The notes beneath the pieces were generated by a model. That model had not been told where the DNA came from and searched no databases. It saw nothing but the letters and a program-made list of their open reading frames with translations. From assembly GCF_009914755.1 (NCBI RefSeq), contig NC_060925.1: 64,000 bases of DNA; one strand, 5' to 3'. This DNA is from the human T2T-CHM13v2.0 reference genome, Homo sapiens. This document shows, one piece after another, positions 48,555 through 61,976 of the stretch. The translations under genes and the position numbers were made by a program. The number at the start of each line of letters is the position of its first letter. Positions within the stretch are counted from its first letter, which is position 1.

Positions 48555-51500
48555 GAAAGGATCGTGATGCCCTTCTTGTTTTCCTTGCCATGGCGATGAC
48601 CCCATACTCGAACTGTATTAACTCAGGAAGTTCACAGGAGGACGCTGAGCCCATTATCTCCCTTCTACAGGTGGAGAAACTGAGGCAGGGAGGCATCTGG
48701 TGAGCCACCCTGCCCTGCTCACTCACAGCGGGTGCCCCTCCAGTACCCACCAGTGGGAAGAAAGCCTCTCACATACATGCTCAGGCCAAGAGTCTGAGAC
48801 CCCGCCTGCCCCCCTCACTCGCCTGTAGGGGGTGAGGGTTCTTTGGGGACCGTAGCCTGCGGCTTCGGTCTTCAGTTCCTGAGGTCATGTAGAGGGAATG
48901 GGTGTCCAGAACGGTCCCTGACAGAGTATAGGGAGAGAGAGAAACACACCGACGTCCTCGCCCCAAAAGAGGTTTCAGAGACAATTACCGATAAATCAGA
49001 ACGACGCGCCTGGTATGAATTCAGCTGATTAAGGCGGTTAAATTGTTTTTCCCTTGCCAAAGGGTTGCCCGATTAACAACTAAACAAGCAATTTGTTGCA
49101 CCTAAAATACCTATTTTCTGATTTATTGGCAAGGAGAGTGGAGCCTCGCGCAGCCCACCCACGAGGAGGCGGAGGGCCAGGAACGCAAGGCCCAGGAAGG
49201 CGGAGGCGGGGGGCGTTCCTGGCAGGATCATGCACAGGGCAGAGGGGCCAGAAGCCTCTGAGCCGATGGCCCCTGGGGCCCTGGCTGGAAGTGGTGGCAG
49301 GTGAAGGCCAGACAAGGTGCAGGATGGGGGTGCCTGGATGGCCTGGTCTTGGTTTCAGCTCCGTGGGTGAGAAGCACCATGACAGGATACTGGATTTGGA
49401 GGATCCGTTTCCTCCGCCTTGAAACACAGCTTTCGGGGTTGACTGTTGCTCCCAGGAGTCATGAGCATCCGGCATGAGCACGAGCGTGAACCCGCTTTCA
49501 AGCTGTAAAGCTCCCAGCACAGCTGAGCCTTGGAAAAATTCAGGAGAGGCAGAGAAATCCTGGCAGCTGGGAAACAGCCCCGCCAAGGCCGCCCCCTCTC
49601 GCGGATGCCCAGCAGCAGAGGGGATGAGAGCCTGGAGGGGCAGGTCAGGGGAGAGGCTGGTTCTCTGCTTTCCTTCCAACGAGAAAAGGGGTGACTGTCC
49701 CTCAGCCAGGCTCCCTGGCCTGGGGCAGCATCCACATTTCATCACTGCCCCCGGTTGAGACCCCCCCAGCCCCGCTCCCTCCTGGCCCTGTAGAACTTGG
49801 TGCACACCTGGCCAACGATGGATGCATTTCCCACTCGCTGACAAAGACAAGACTCAGTGCCTGCCCTGGAGGGGTAGTGTGGAGCATGGGGCGACACCAG
49901 TGCCCAGGGCCAGGAAATGTCCCTAAACCCCCAGGAGGCCCGAGGAGGGGATGCGCCCATCCAGACCCTCCAGGAGGTTTGTGGCCTCTGAAGTCAGTCC
50001 GCTCCTTCACTGTCACCAGGGCCTGTTCCTGAGGCAGGGCTGCTGCCCACCCTCCCACCACCAAGAGGTCCCAGATGCTGAGCTGGGTCTGCAAAGTCCA
50101 GCCCTTCCCCACTTTCAGCTACTTGTGTGACCTCTTGTTTCAAGGATGGGAGCCCGTGGAATGGCCACTGGCAGCCCCCACAGCTACGCCCTCTCTTCGT
50201 CATGGAGCCACAACCAGGAGCTGTCACCAGGGGCGCGTGGAGGTGGCTGCAGTACGGGAGAGGGGACGTCGCGGCTGCTTTCTGCGCCTCTTGGCTGGTG
50301 GTTGCAGAGCACTGCCCCTGTCTGGGAGAAACACGGTGTCCCCCACTTTTATTGGGTGTCACTGTGCCTGAGTCCTGGATCCAGACAGACCTTATTTCAT
50401 CTGATCCTCTCCACCAATCCCGGAGACAGGCATCTTAGTGTCCATTTTACAGATGGGGACACAAAGCATAAACAGCTGTCCCAGGCCACACGGTCCACAG
50501 AGAGAGAACTTCCCTGAGTTCTCTCCACACTCAGGTCCTGGGACCATTTCTGCCAGGAGGGAAGCCTCCACTCGGCCGCTGGTGCCTGAGCAAGGGGCGT
50601 CTATGCCTGAGTCCACCTGACTTCTTATCCAGGGAGCAGGGACCTTGGGGGTCAAGTGCGCACTGGGTCATTGGCCTGGGTCTGACTCCTATCCCCTGTG
50701 CTGGACTCAGCCTCACAGAAGGGCAGGCCATGTCTGCCTGGTCACTGTGTGGACTGGATAAGCCTGAAGCCAGGGGTGCCAGGCTGAGGCCTGGGGTGAG
50801 GAGGGCCACTGAGCGAGATTCCAAATCCAGGGTCAGAAACACAGGCTGATGCACTGTAGGTGACTCATGGCCGTGAGCTCACTGTGCTTATGGTCGTGAC
50901 TAAGCTGGGACCAGAAGCCAGGAGCCCAGAGTCCCCATCAGGCTCCCGGAACAGACTCCATTCCTGTTTGGGAAAGAGCATCTGGGGCTGGGGTGTCCAG
51001 CCACCCTCGGGTGCTCCTCCCTCCCTCCTGGCCTTCCTGGGACCAGGCCACCTTCTCCCAGGTTGGCTGGAGCTGGGCAGCCAGGGTCAGGCCGGGCACA
51101 CTGACCGCCTCCCTTTGTCCTCTCCAGGCCACAGAGTCTGTGGAGGCTGTGGACGAGGTGCCCTGTGCTTCTGTCGTCAGCAGGGCCAGTGCTTTAGGTG
51201 ACAGGTATCTCTGCCGCCTGCTGGCCCTTTGGGCTGGGTACACAGTGGGGCTCGGGAATTGTGCTAGGCCCGGGAGTGGCTCCAGAGAGGAGCTTGGGCC
51301 TCCAGGTCCTGTGTGCCTCTTGACCAAAAGCCCTGGTGCTGGAGGAGAGTCGGAGCTAACTCCGGGCTCGGGGAACACCCGGGCAGACACTGGTGCTTGC
51401 CATCGGATGGCAAAAGCGACCCACCCGCTGACTCCAGGAGTCAGGGGGGCTTAGGAAGGAGGGCCAGGACCTGAAGGGAGGAGTAGGGCAGGCGCAAGTG

Positions 51501-53369
51501 GCAGAGAGAAAGGCACAAGGCAAGGTCTTTGAGGTCGGTGGTGAAAACGTGTGTGGGGGACAAGCGCTCAGAGGGGGCCCATGACCTGCAGACCCAGGAC
51601 CGCCTGGCAGGGAGCCCTGCCTCTTCCCCTCCTGAGCCTGCGGGAAAATCAGTTTTCTCCTATTCCTGACTCAGGAGTGTCAGGGACCTGCAGAGGGACA
51701 AGGGTCTCCAGGGCTCAGAAGAGGGTGTAGGTCAGACGTGGGGTGGGGACGGGGTTGGAGGGAGCCAAGAACAGCCTTTGCCCCAGGCCGGGTGTCCCTG
51801 AGACTGGCCGAGGCCCTCAGCCCTGTGCTCCTTCCGGGAATGGCAGGTGGCATGGCGCCCGGCCGGCCCTGCGTGGATCTATTATCTCTGCATCGTTGCC
51901 GCCTTCTCGAGGGTTAGGAGTCAGCCCCGCTTAATAGGTGAGGAAACTTAGGCACAGAGGCACTCACTGTGCCAGGCAGGCTCCTGCTGCTGCCTCCCGC
52001 CGCTGCCTCCCGCCACCAGGACAGGGTTGTCAGGGCTTCTCGGGCTCCTCACCCCGCGCCCTGGGCTGCTCTCCTCTCTCCGTCTCTGGGCCCCTCATGC
52101 AGCCCTTTCCCTTCTGGCCTCTCAGCCTGCAGGAGAGGCTGGGGGGCACGTCTGAGGGTGCAGCAGAGGGATATAGCCTCCGTGGGACTCATCATTACGA
52201 GGACTTGTAATTGCTTTGCTGGCTGGGTCCCAAGGAAGCACCTGCCCCCAAATTCCCCACCCCAGGCATCCGGGAGGAACTTCCTGGGAAAAGAGAAAAA
52301 TAGCTCAGCCCCAGCCTGGCCTCCGCAGGCCTCCTGACCATGGCGGGGCCTTCCCTAGTGGACCCCACAAATCAAGCCTCATCATTCCTTCTCTCCCTGC
52401 CTCCTGTCCCGGGTCAACTCCTACTTGGCATTGGAGACCCATCACTTCCTCCAAGCAGCCTTCCAGGCTCAGCCAAGCAGAGATGAAGCCACCCTGGCAC
52501 TCTGCTGTCCTCCCTCCAGGTCTTGTCAGCTGAAATGCCTGTTCCCTCAGTGGACTGTGAACTCCCCATCTGGGTTCCTCTGTCTGTTGGCCCACGAACA
52601 GGCATTAAGTGCACATTTTTCCAAGCTCAGCCCTGTGCTCTGTGCTGGAACTGGACAGGGAAGGGACGAGGTGTGCCCCATTCTGGAACCCAGTGCTCAT
52701 TGCAGCTGCTTTATTAGGTGGCTATCAAATAATTGTATAAAAATAAGCAGTTAATATTTCTATTACAGTGTAATTAATACTAAATAAGAATTGAGCTTCA
52801 TAAATGCCCACCTCAGCTGTGCTTTACAGTTTCCTGGAAGCCACCCTTCCCTCACCATGGCCCAGGGAGGTTGACAGGGCTGGATTTTCTCCCAGTTTAT
52901 GGGGAGAAACCGAGGAAACCTTGGAGAAGCCCCCATGAAGGCCCCATGCTGCCCAGGATTCAAAGGCCCACCCGAGTGGGGAGGCGCCCATGGGAACTTT
53001 AGACACCAGGCCACTCAACTGAGGGGAGAAGCAGCCCGTGGTCAGGGGACGTCAGGGGCATGTGCTGATGGAGAGGGACTCTCGGCTTCGGAGGGAAGAA
53101 CCCCATGGGGGACTGGGAGTCATGGAGGGCTTCCTGGAGGCAGGGGGCGGGGGGAGGGATTGGAGGAGGCCTAAGCAGGAGCAGGTAGGGCTTCTGGGCT
53201 AAGACTGAGCGTCCAAGCCTTCCTTGGAGGCACCAGAGCCCAAACCCAGCTGGCTGCAGAATGGCCCTTCCTCCCCACGTGGGGCTGACAGCCTGTGTTT
53301 TGGGCATCAGGGGACTGGGAGCGGGAGGGGAGGAAGAGTTGCCAGCTCATGTCAGACTTGATTAGTGCC

Positions 53370-53733
53370 TGTCTTAGCCTGTTTTATGCGGCTCTAACAA
53401 TATATGTGAGACTGGGCATTTTATAAAAAGCAGAGATTTATTTCTCACAGTTCTGGAGGCTGGGGCACCCAAGGTCAAGGGGCCCACGTCTCGCTGGGGC
53501 TTCTTGCTGTGTAATCCCGTGGTGGAAGCAGGAGGGCAAGAGAGCACATGGAGGGGAGGAAGGGGCCAAACGCGTCCTTTTATCAGGAACCCACTTGGGG
53601 GAGATAATGGCATTCAGCCATTCAAGGGGGCAGAGCCTTCAGGGCCCCCTCACCTCTTACAGGTCCCACCTCAGTGCTGTGGCACAGGGATTACATTTCC
53701 ACAGAAGCTTCTGGGGACACTCCAGCCCACTGC
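53370..53733 (-). mobile_element. MST/MLT1A-like MaLR LTR
   Basis: tgtcttagcctgtttt…gagactggg…cagagatttatttctcacagttctggaggctgg…ccccctcacctctta. Confidence 0.8.
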
Positions 53734-54794
53734 AGTGCCGGGAAAAGTGAGGCCTCGTTCACAAGGCAGGTGGGGTAGGGTGAGCAAAGGAGGGTAGACC
53801 CGCGTTGGGGCTGCCCCTGCACCTGCCCAGCACACCCCCAGGGCTGCTCCTGGTGGCCACTGGGCCCCGTAAAGCTGGGAGGGGCGGGGTGAGCCTCCCG
53901 TAGTCCATTACGACCAGCTCAGCCCAGGGGCACGGGTGCCAGTCTGCAGTCTGCACCCACTTCATGCCCTCAGCTCCTTTGCCGGGGGGGGATGGCCCCT
54001 AAACGATCAGATGTCGTCATAATCCCAGCCCCCCACCCCACAGTGGTGGTCTTGTAATTGAGCAGAGTGGGTGCTTATGAAGCCTGGCTCTCAGCTCCTG
54101 AGCCCTGCACAGCAAGTATTATTTTCTCTCTGACACATGAAGGAAAGTGAGGCTTGGCGTGGCCATGTCACCTCACCATTCATTCATTCAGTCTCTCAAC
54201 AAACATCTTTGGGAGACTCCTCTTCCCTGGGCCTGTTCTGCTCCTTGGGATGCCCTGGTCAGGGGGACAGACACCGTCCTTGTTCTCCTGGAGCATAAAC
54301 TCCCGAGTGGTCCAGGCCCACAGCAGATGGAACATTACAAACTGTAAACTCTCAGAAACTAAATGACCAGACTGACAAGGAGATGAGCTCGTGGGTCACG
54401 CGAGGGGTCTCCCCTTGGTGGGCAGGTGGAGGTAAGGAGATAATGCTCAGCTGGGGTGAAGGATGAGAAGTGCTGGTGCCCCATGTGGCTGCAGAGAGCA
54501 GGTGCGCAGCTGGGGGTGGGACCTACAGCCAGCAGGTACCCGGGGAGCCGAGCATGGGTAGGGGCAGCCCTGGGAGCTTTAGGTTGTGAGCACAGTGGAA
54601 GCGAACAGAGGAGGCTGTGCAGGAAGGGAGGTCATGGTCAGGTTAGCCTCAGTATTGCTTTGGCAGCTGAGTGGACGGACACTGGATTATGGGGAGCCAG
54701 GATGGAAGCTGGAGGAGGGTCGGAGAAGGCCAGGAGTCAGATGGGACCATGGCTTGAGAAGGTGGTGGGGAGAGGAGTGGACGGACCCAAGGCT

Positions 54795-54912
54795 CTACAC
54801 TGGGGGTACTTTGGCCGCCAGGGGACCTGTGGCCATGTCTGGAACATTTTTGGTTGTCACAACTTGGGAGAGGGTGCTGTGGGCATTGTGTGGATGGAGG
54901 CAGGGATGCTAC
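54795..54912 (+). mobile_element. MER20 fragment
   Basis: ccaggggacctgtggccatgtctggaacatttttggttgtcacaact. Confidence 0.7.
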
Positions 54913-55289
54913 CCTCCCTACAGGGAGTGGCCATGTAGGGACTGAGAGAGAGCTCCTGCAGGAGGGAGGATGGGCAGGGCCTATGAGCAAGTATTTTGGG
55001 ACCATGAGGAAAGGGTGGGCTGCGATGGCTGGAGGCTTCCTGCTGCACTCCGTGGTGAGTGGTGGTGGCATTTGGGCACCTTGGTGAGCACACTGTGTAG
55101 AAGTGGTCAAAGGTTTTGCGGGGCCCATGCTGAGTTTCCACTGTGAGCTGCCCATGAGGGTCAGGAGGCCAACGGCTGGCCAGGCAAGGTGAGACCAAGG
55201 TGGGCCCGTGCTTGTGAGTGTTCCCTGCAAACACAGTACCTCGAGCCATGAGGCTCCAGGGGAGAGTGGAGATGGAGAGTGGGAACAGG

Positions 55290-55655
55290 TGCAGATTCAG
55301 GCTGGCCTGGCTGCTGTGAGAAAGTACCACAGACTGAGTGGTTTAAAGAAGAGAAATGTGTTTCCTCGTAGTTTCGAAGGTGGAAGTCCAGAATCAAGGT
55401 GTCTGCAGGGCTGGTTCCTGCTGAGGCCACTCCTGGGCCTGTAGATGCTGCCTTTCCCCTGTATCTTCACATGGTCTTGGCTCTGTGTGTCTGTTCTCAT
55501 CTCTTCTTTTAAGTCCCTATTGGATTAGGGCCCACCCTAATACCCTCGTATTCACTTAATTACCTCTGTAAAGACCCTTTCTCCGAATGCAGTCACACCA
55601 AGGTCTAGAGCTTCCACATATGAACTTGAGGAGACCCAAGTCGGCCCCTAACAGA
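55290..55655 (-). mobile_element. MLT1B/C-like LTR
   Basis: aaagtaccacagactgagtggtttaaa…aagtccagaatcaaggtgtctgcaggg…attggattagggcccacccta. Confidence 0.8.
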
Positions 55656-56437
55656 GCCTCAGGGAGACAGGAGCGTGATCCTGTGGGATGACATTGCTGC
55701 ACCCATTCTCAGTTCTCTCGTACTGGGGGGTTCATCAATACCTCCATGGCCATTTGTGTCTGGGGGGAGAACTTTCTAGATAATCACAGTAAACCCTGTC
55801 CTGAGTGGAGAATTGTGTGTGTCTGAAACCCATCTCTCCTTGGAAGCAGCCAGCAGGTGGTCAGGGAATGGCTCCTATAAAAAGCCAACCAGAACTTGAG
55901 ACGCAGGGGTTTTGGGTTGAGGGGGGGAGCAGGGAGGCTCCCTGGCCCAGGCAGTGCTGGCTCCTGGTCATTCAGAAATGTAGGCTTTCCCAGGAAACTG
56001 TTTTTTCCCCCTTCAAGTCACAGCCACTGCTCAGAAGCACCAGGGCTTGCTGGAAAGGCTGCGACACATGCCAGACATTTTAACAGGTGTCAGGACAAGT
56101 GTCCTCCTGACACCTTCTCAGGAACAGCTTCCGGATGCGATGATCTCATTAGGGGGAGTTGGAAGTTCCAGCCCCAGGGGAGCCCTGTCCCTGGGCTGCC
56201 TGGCTGCCCTGGCTATGCTGTGTCCCTTTGGGAAGGAATTACCCAACCTACAGTGCTTCATCCCCATGCTGACGGGCAGCCGCCAGGGCAGCTGTATGCC
56301 GGGCTGCGTCTGCTCTAGACACTCCACTTGGGAACCCAGGGAGACGGCTTATGCCCGGGGGGTGGCCAAGGCGGTGGGATTTCACAGCCAGGCTGCAGAG
56401 GGAACCTTGCAAGGACTTGGAAACCGCAGCCAGTGAT

Positions 56438-57040
56438 TGTTGTGTGTGCATGTGCATCTGTGTACTGGCTGTGCCTGCATGGTGTGTTTGTGTGTGCACG
56501 CACCTGCGTTCTGTGTGTGCATATGACTGTGTGTGCATTCAGGCATATTCTGTGTGCATGTGTGTCTCTGCATGTGCACATGTGCATGTGTATATGTGTG
56601 CATGTTTTCTCTGTATGCACACAAGATGTGTTTGTGTGTATGCACCTGTGTTCCATGTGTGCATATGACTGTGTACATGCATGCATGTTCTGTGTGCGTG
56701 TGTGTCTCTGCATGTTCTGTGTGTATGTGTGTCTCTGTATGTGCACATGTGCATGTGTGTATGTGTGCATGCTTTCTCTACGCACACATGGTGTGTGTGT
56801 GTGCACCTGTGTTTGTGTGTGTATGTTAGTTTGTGCATGTGTGTCTATGTGCCTGTGTTTTCTGTATATGCATGTATCACTCAGGTTGCATGTACAGATG
56901 TGTGGCTGTATTCTGTGTGTGCATGCCTGACTGTATTAGTTTGTATGTGGCTGTATGTGTGCACCTGTGTTCTGTGCATGCCTGCATTTGTGTGTCTGTG
57001 TGTGTGCATTATGCACATGTGACCTGTATATGTGAGTGTG
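56438..57040. repeat. ~600 bp (TG/TGCA)n low-complexity tract
   Basis: Degenerate TG dinucleotide repeat with recurring TGCATG. Confidence 0.92.
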
Positions 57041-60000
57041 GCACAGGATTAGATTCGTCCTGGGTGCCCACAGCACAGGGCTGGCAATGGGAGTGGAGGA
57101 GAAATCAAAGGAAGCCATTTGTGGCTTCGCACAAGGAATGCTTTTCCAACAGAGGCCCTGGCCAGCATTTTTCAGTGGTTACTGTAGGTAATGAGTTCCC
57201 TGTCATGGTTTGTGTTCAAACAGAGGCTGGGAAAATGCTGATGGTGGCTGGTACTATAGTGACATCACCTCAGGACAACTCTTCCCAGTCCTCTTCTACT
57301 TCTGAGTGACCATGGCTGGACTTGCTCCCCTTCCTCTGTGCAGTTTCAAGGTGGGCACGTGAGTCCCACAGGCTGGTGCCAGGTCCATGTGGTGGCACCT
57401 ACTAGCTAGTGACCTTGGGCAGGTGCGCCACCATCTCCAAAACGCCAGCCCCTCATGGGTAACATGGGGAGAGTAGCGTGTCTGTCCCTGAGGGTGTGCA
57501 CACGTCTAACAAGATGGTCCCAGGACGACCTGGACAGGAGCTGAGCCGTGGCACAGCCACCTCAGCAAAGGCAGGGCCAAGACGCAGCGGCCACTAATGG
57601 GCTGGATCTGGACCTGCCTGGTCCTGGGCCTGTCCTCAGGGCAGCGTTCCAGTGGCCGGAGGAGAAGCAAGAGCCAAGGGGACCGCTAAGTCCGCGTTCT
57701 GTGCTCTTTTCCTCCAGCCAGCTTCACTCTGCACCAGCGTGGGGTGGTGGCGGGCAGCCGGCAGGAGATTAAGCTGTGCAGTCATCGCGGCATCTCCTGT
57801 GAGGCAGCAGAGCCTCGCTTCTTTTCATTTCCTCTCCTGATGAGAAAATGGGAACTTTCTATAGCTGAAGATGAGACAGAACCACGGCCTCCGTTGAGTG
57901 ATTTACACGGATGATCTCACCTCTGGCCGTGCCAGCGTGTTTCCCCGTCACTATGTTCTTTGCTCGTCACCATGAATGTGGAATACTAGATGGGCCGCTA
58001 AGGGGCCTGAGGCCGGAGGACATGTTGCCCCCATGCCGCTGTCCCCTGAGAGCCTCTAGGGCTGTGCTTATTCTCAGGAGCCACATGCTCCCTGGAGGCC
58101 ACCAAATGAGTCTTCATCTCACAGACCTTGGTCCCCTGCAAAGGCGTCATTTACATTCAGATATAAAGGACTGGGGATGGTGATGTTCACAGCAGGATAT
58201 GGAGAAGGCTGTTTGAGGACTTCTGAGGTCTCCACATCACCTTAGGTGGGCTGTTGTACCTACCTTCAGCTGTGTGAGGCCAGGCCGGCCTTCCCCCTCC
58301 CGCCGAAATCCAGTGATCACAGACTCAGAAGAACCTTCAAGGTCATTGGCCCTCTCCCACCCTCAGTCAACCACAGGGCCTCCTCCCCTGGCCACCTGAG
58401 GAGTGGTCATCCTTCCTCGGTGTGACCGTCACACATGTGGGTGCCTCCCAGGAAACTCTGAGCTGCTCTAGCTCCTTCTGTAATTTCAGTTCTTTTATAA
58501 GGCCCACCCCTGGCCATGGCTCTGAGTTCTGAAACTCCTGATTCTGTCCTCCTCACTGTGTGCCCTCCGATGTGCCAGAACTCAAGGTGCCTTAGCCACA
58601 CTGAGCCCCTCTCAGTGGTGCCCCTGGAATGGAAGCCCTTGGCTGCAGCTTGTACTAAGGATGGTCCAGCGGGGAGTGGCTTGGGCAGGGTTGCAGGCAG
58701 CTAAGGGGTCCTAGGTCCTGGCCTCTGCCTTGCTCCTGGTTCCCCGGTGCACCTGCAGCTGTGTACCCCCTCCATCACAGGGCACACTGCTGCCCTGGGG
58801 GCGTGGCCTCCTGTCGCCAGAGTCCAGAACCTCCTTCTCACTCCTAACAAGGGTAGCATCTGGTCATTGTCACACCCACCCTGGGGCCCAGTGAGGTGAA
58901 GGGGCTCGCCCCAGGGTGCGTGGTGAGTGGGCCCGCTGGGAAGCTGATGCTCTGCCCAAACCCACCTGACCCCAAGCTGCTTCTTGACCATCTTGCTCTC
59001 CTGGCCCCACGCTGCACCCTGCCCGCCTCCACCAATGCCATTCTTTTCCTCTCTTCAAATTCTAGAAACCCACGGAACAGCCACGTACTTGTTTCCAGAG
59101 GCAGAGCCTTTGCTGTTCTCCTCCCATCCTTGGTTGGCTTCAAAAGCGCCTGGCATGCATACCGAGTTTCGTAAATACCAACATAACAATTGCAACGAAA
59201 CCAAAATAGATATTTCCTATGAAGACAGAGGGGCTGCAGTGAGTGTTTTGGAAGCTGGCGATAACCTGACATTTATTCCTCTCAGTTCCCTTTTCAGGGA
59301 CAAGACCATCAAGAATGAGCTATAGCGCTGTCACCGGGAAACAGTGTGGGTGATCTGTGGAATGCTCTCTGTGAGGAATGCATTTTCCCAATGTAGGAGA
59401 GATGATGGAGCTGTCTTGAAAATCTGAAGCCTTTGGAGGGACACATCCTTCCTAGAACCAACATCTCCCTGCAGCCGAAAACTTCCCTCCCTGAGCCCCA
59501 CCTTCTTTGAGTTGTATTTTTAAGAGACTTCATTCCAGAGAAAGACACAGCTACTATTTCTGTGTTTTTCCTTCTTCTGCAAGAGGAGAGTCAATGCCAA
59601 CTCTTCCCCTAGGGTTACTGTGAGAACGGCATGAGACAATTCCTGTGAGATGCTTAGCTCACTGCCTGGTATGTAGCTGTGGCTGAATCCCTGTGGGGTA
59701 TTATTTTAGTATCCTACGCCGTCTTTTTCTCTCTGCGTGCCGTCCTCTTCAGTTTGGTTTTCTCTAGTTAAATATGCATCTGTGTGATGGTGCTTGTGTC
59801 TTTGCACGATTGCGTAGAGCTCTCCCCTGAGCGTCTTCCTGGCCTGGCAGCTCTGGCTGAGGCCCCGAGCTCCGGAAGGGGCCATGTCACGTGGTGCCAG
59901 GGCAGCTGTGTGCTCCTGATACACCTCCTTCTTTGCTGTTGAAGAGCCCTCATCACCGGGCCAGCCTGTGGCACCCTTCTTGCCCACCACCCACATGCTG

Positions 60001-61334
60001 TATCTCGGGTTGAAATGGCCATGAAGTAGGATCAAACCAGGTTTGAGGGAGGCCCTGGGGACACTCCTCAGCTCTTAACCCGGGATGTACCCTGGGGTCT
60101 TCCACAACATACCGATGCTGGGCCTCGCCCCCACAGGCGCCCATGAGTGGATCTGCCTGAGGCCTGGGCCTCAGCATTTTCTGAACTCCCTCCTCCCCCA
60201 CCCCAGAGGATCCTCATGTGAGGCCCAGGCTGAGAACCTCTCCTTGGCTTTGCACAATAGACCTTGCCCTCCCAGAGCTCTTCTGAGCCACTTCCCTTTG
60301 AGCTGACCCCCAGGGGATGAGGTTCCCAGCCAGTGAGTTCTGATCCTGCCCCATTCGCGTCTTTTGCCAGTCTGTCCCTTTGCTCAGGGGGAGATGGAGA
60401 GGAGCTAGGGCTTGGCGCTGGGATGGGGTAGCTCGTGCTGGGGGCCCAGTCTGGGAACTTTGTCCGCACACGCAGGGGAAGCACAGGAGGTGGCCTGGGG
60501 TACTTGGCTAGGCTGCCCAGCAGCCGAGGCTGCACTGCTCACATCCTGAGTGCTGCCCAGAGAGCACAGATGTGATGGAGGAGCAGGCTGAACCAAGGGG
60601 ACCTGTGGGGCCCTTCGTGGGGCAGCTGGTCTGGACTGGCCTCCCCTCTGTCTTCCTGTGGAATTGTCCTGCAGGAGGGACAGGGGAGCGGGGCCCAGCA
60701 GCAGAGGCTCAGCTAAGACACAGAGCCAGGTTTCCCCTCCCAGGGACTGAGAACACTGCCACCCACCGTCCTGCCCACACACTGCTTGTCACCACTTCAC
60801 TCCTCCAGAATGCTCGCGGGCACGTTGCCCAGGCAACCAGAACGCCAGCGCCGTTGCTATCCTTCAGTCTCCTCCAAGCACCTGCGAAGGCTGTCGAGCA
60901 ACATCCCCCGTGCCCCAAAGTTGCTGCAGACTCCGTGCTCCAGAGCTCCTGGGGAAAAGGGATGGGAGTGGAGGAGTGCTGGGTGCTCCCGTGAGCAGTC
61001 ACAAAGAACCAGGCTTAAAATATGCTCCGTCTAGTCTCCCGCACACCCCTGCCACTCGGTGGCAGGTGTACAGGTGGGAAAACTGAAGCATAGGTTGGTT
61101 ACACGGGTTAGTTTTGCTTACGCAGCTGGCGGGTTGCAGTGCCAAGCACCAAAGCCGTCTCATGTCACCCCCACGCCATGCTGTTTTGGGAGCAGCTGTA
61201 GGTCAGCCATGGAGAGCTGCATGGCCTGCAAGCCTCTTTCCTCTTGGAGATGAGACCATCGTTCCTCCCTTACTGGGACTGGGAGGAGCAAGTGGTGCCC
61301 GTGCCATCAGGTTTCCCAGCCTCGGCCCTCTGGT

Positions 61335-61495
61335 CTTTTGTGGTGGAGTCTGTCTACACTGCAGGATGTGTTGAAGCATCCCTGGCTTCTGTCACTAAAT
61401 GCCAGTAGCAAACCTGAATAGTGACAACCAAATATGTCTCCAGATATTGCCAAATGTCCCCTGAGGGGCAAAATCACCCTTAGATGAGAACTGGT
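61335..61495 (-). mobile_element. MER20
   Basis: gtgacaaccaaatatgtctccagatattgccaaatgtcccctgaggggcaaaatcaccc. Confidence 0.8.
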
Positions 61496-61800
61496 GATGT
61501 GTCTAAATGGTCTGTGGTACCACAGGATGCCGTTTTTACCATCTTCTGCAAGGAGGGGCCACGTGGTTCACGGAGGCCTGATGTGCCGCTGGGCTGTGAT
61601 GCTGCGTAGATGCAGGGTGGCACCTGCCAGGCGCAAGGTGTGCCCCATGTCCCTCCCCACAGGGCACAGCCACCTTCACCTCCCTTCCCTTTCCTCCCCC
61701 AACACCCCGCCATGCACAGCCATTCATAGATTGCCCAGGAAGTAGTCCCTGAAATTACAGGTCACAGGAGTTACTGATTTTGCCCTAGTTTTCTAGTATA

Positions 61801-61976
61801 TCCTCAGTGTTCTGACATGTCCTCAGTGTTCTAACGTGTCCCCAGTGTTCTCATGTGTCCCCAGTATTCTAACGTGTCCCCAGTATTCCAACGTGTCCCC
61901 AGTGTTCTCATGTGTCCCCAGTATTCTAACATGTCCCCAATATTCCAGCGTGTCCCCAGTGTTCTAATGTGTCCCT
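61801..61976. repeat. 19-bp minisatellite, ~9 copies (TCCCCAGTGTTCTAACGTG)
   Basis: Directly visible, period 19. Confidence 0.92.

Noticed and set aside
56315-57309. Cys/Val- and His/Thr-rich ORFs
   Set aside because: Translations of the TG dinucleotide tract.
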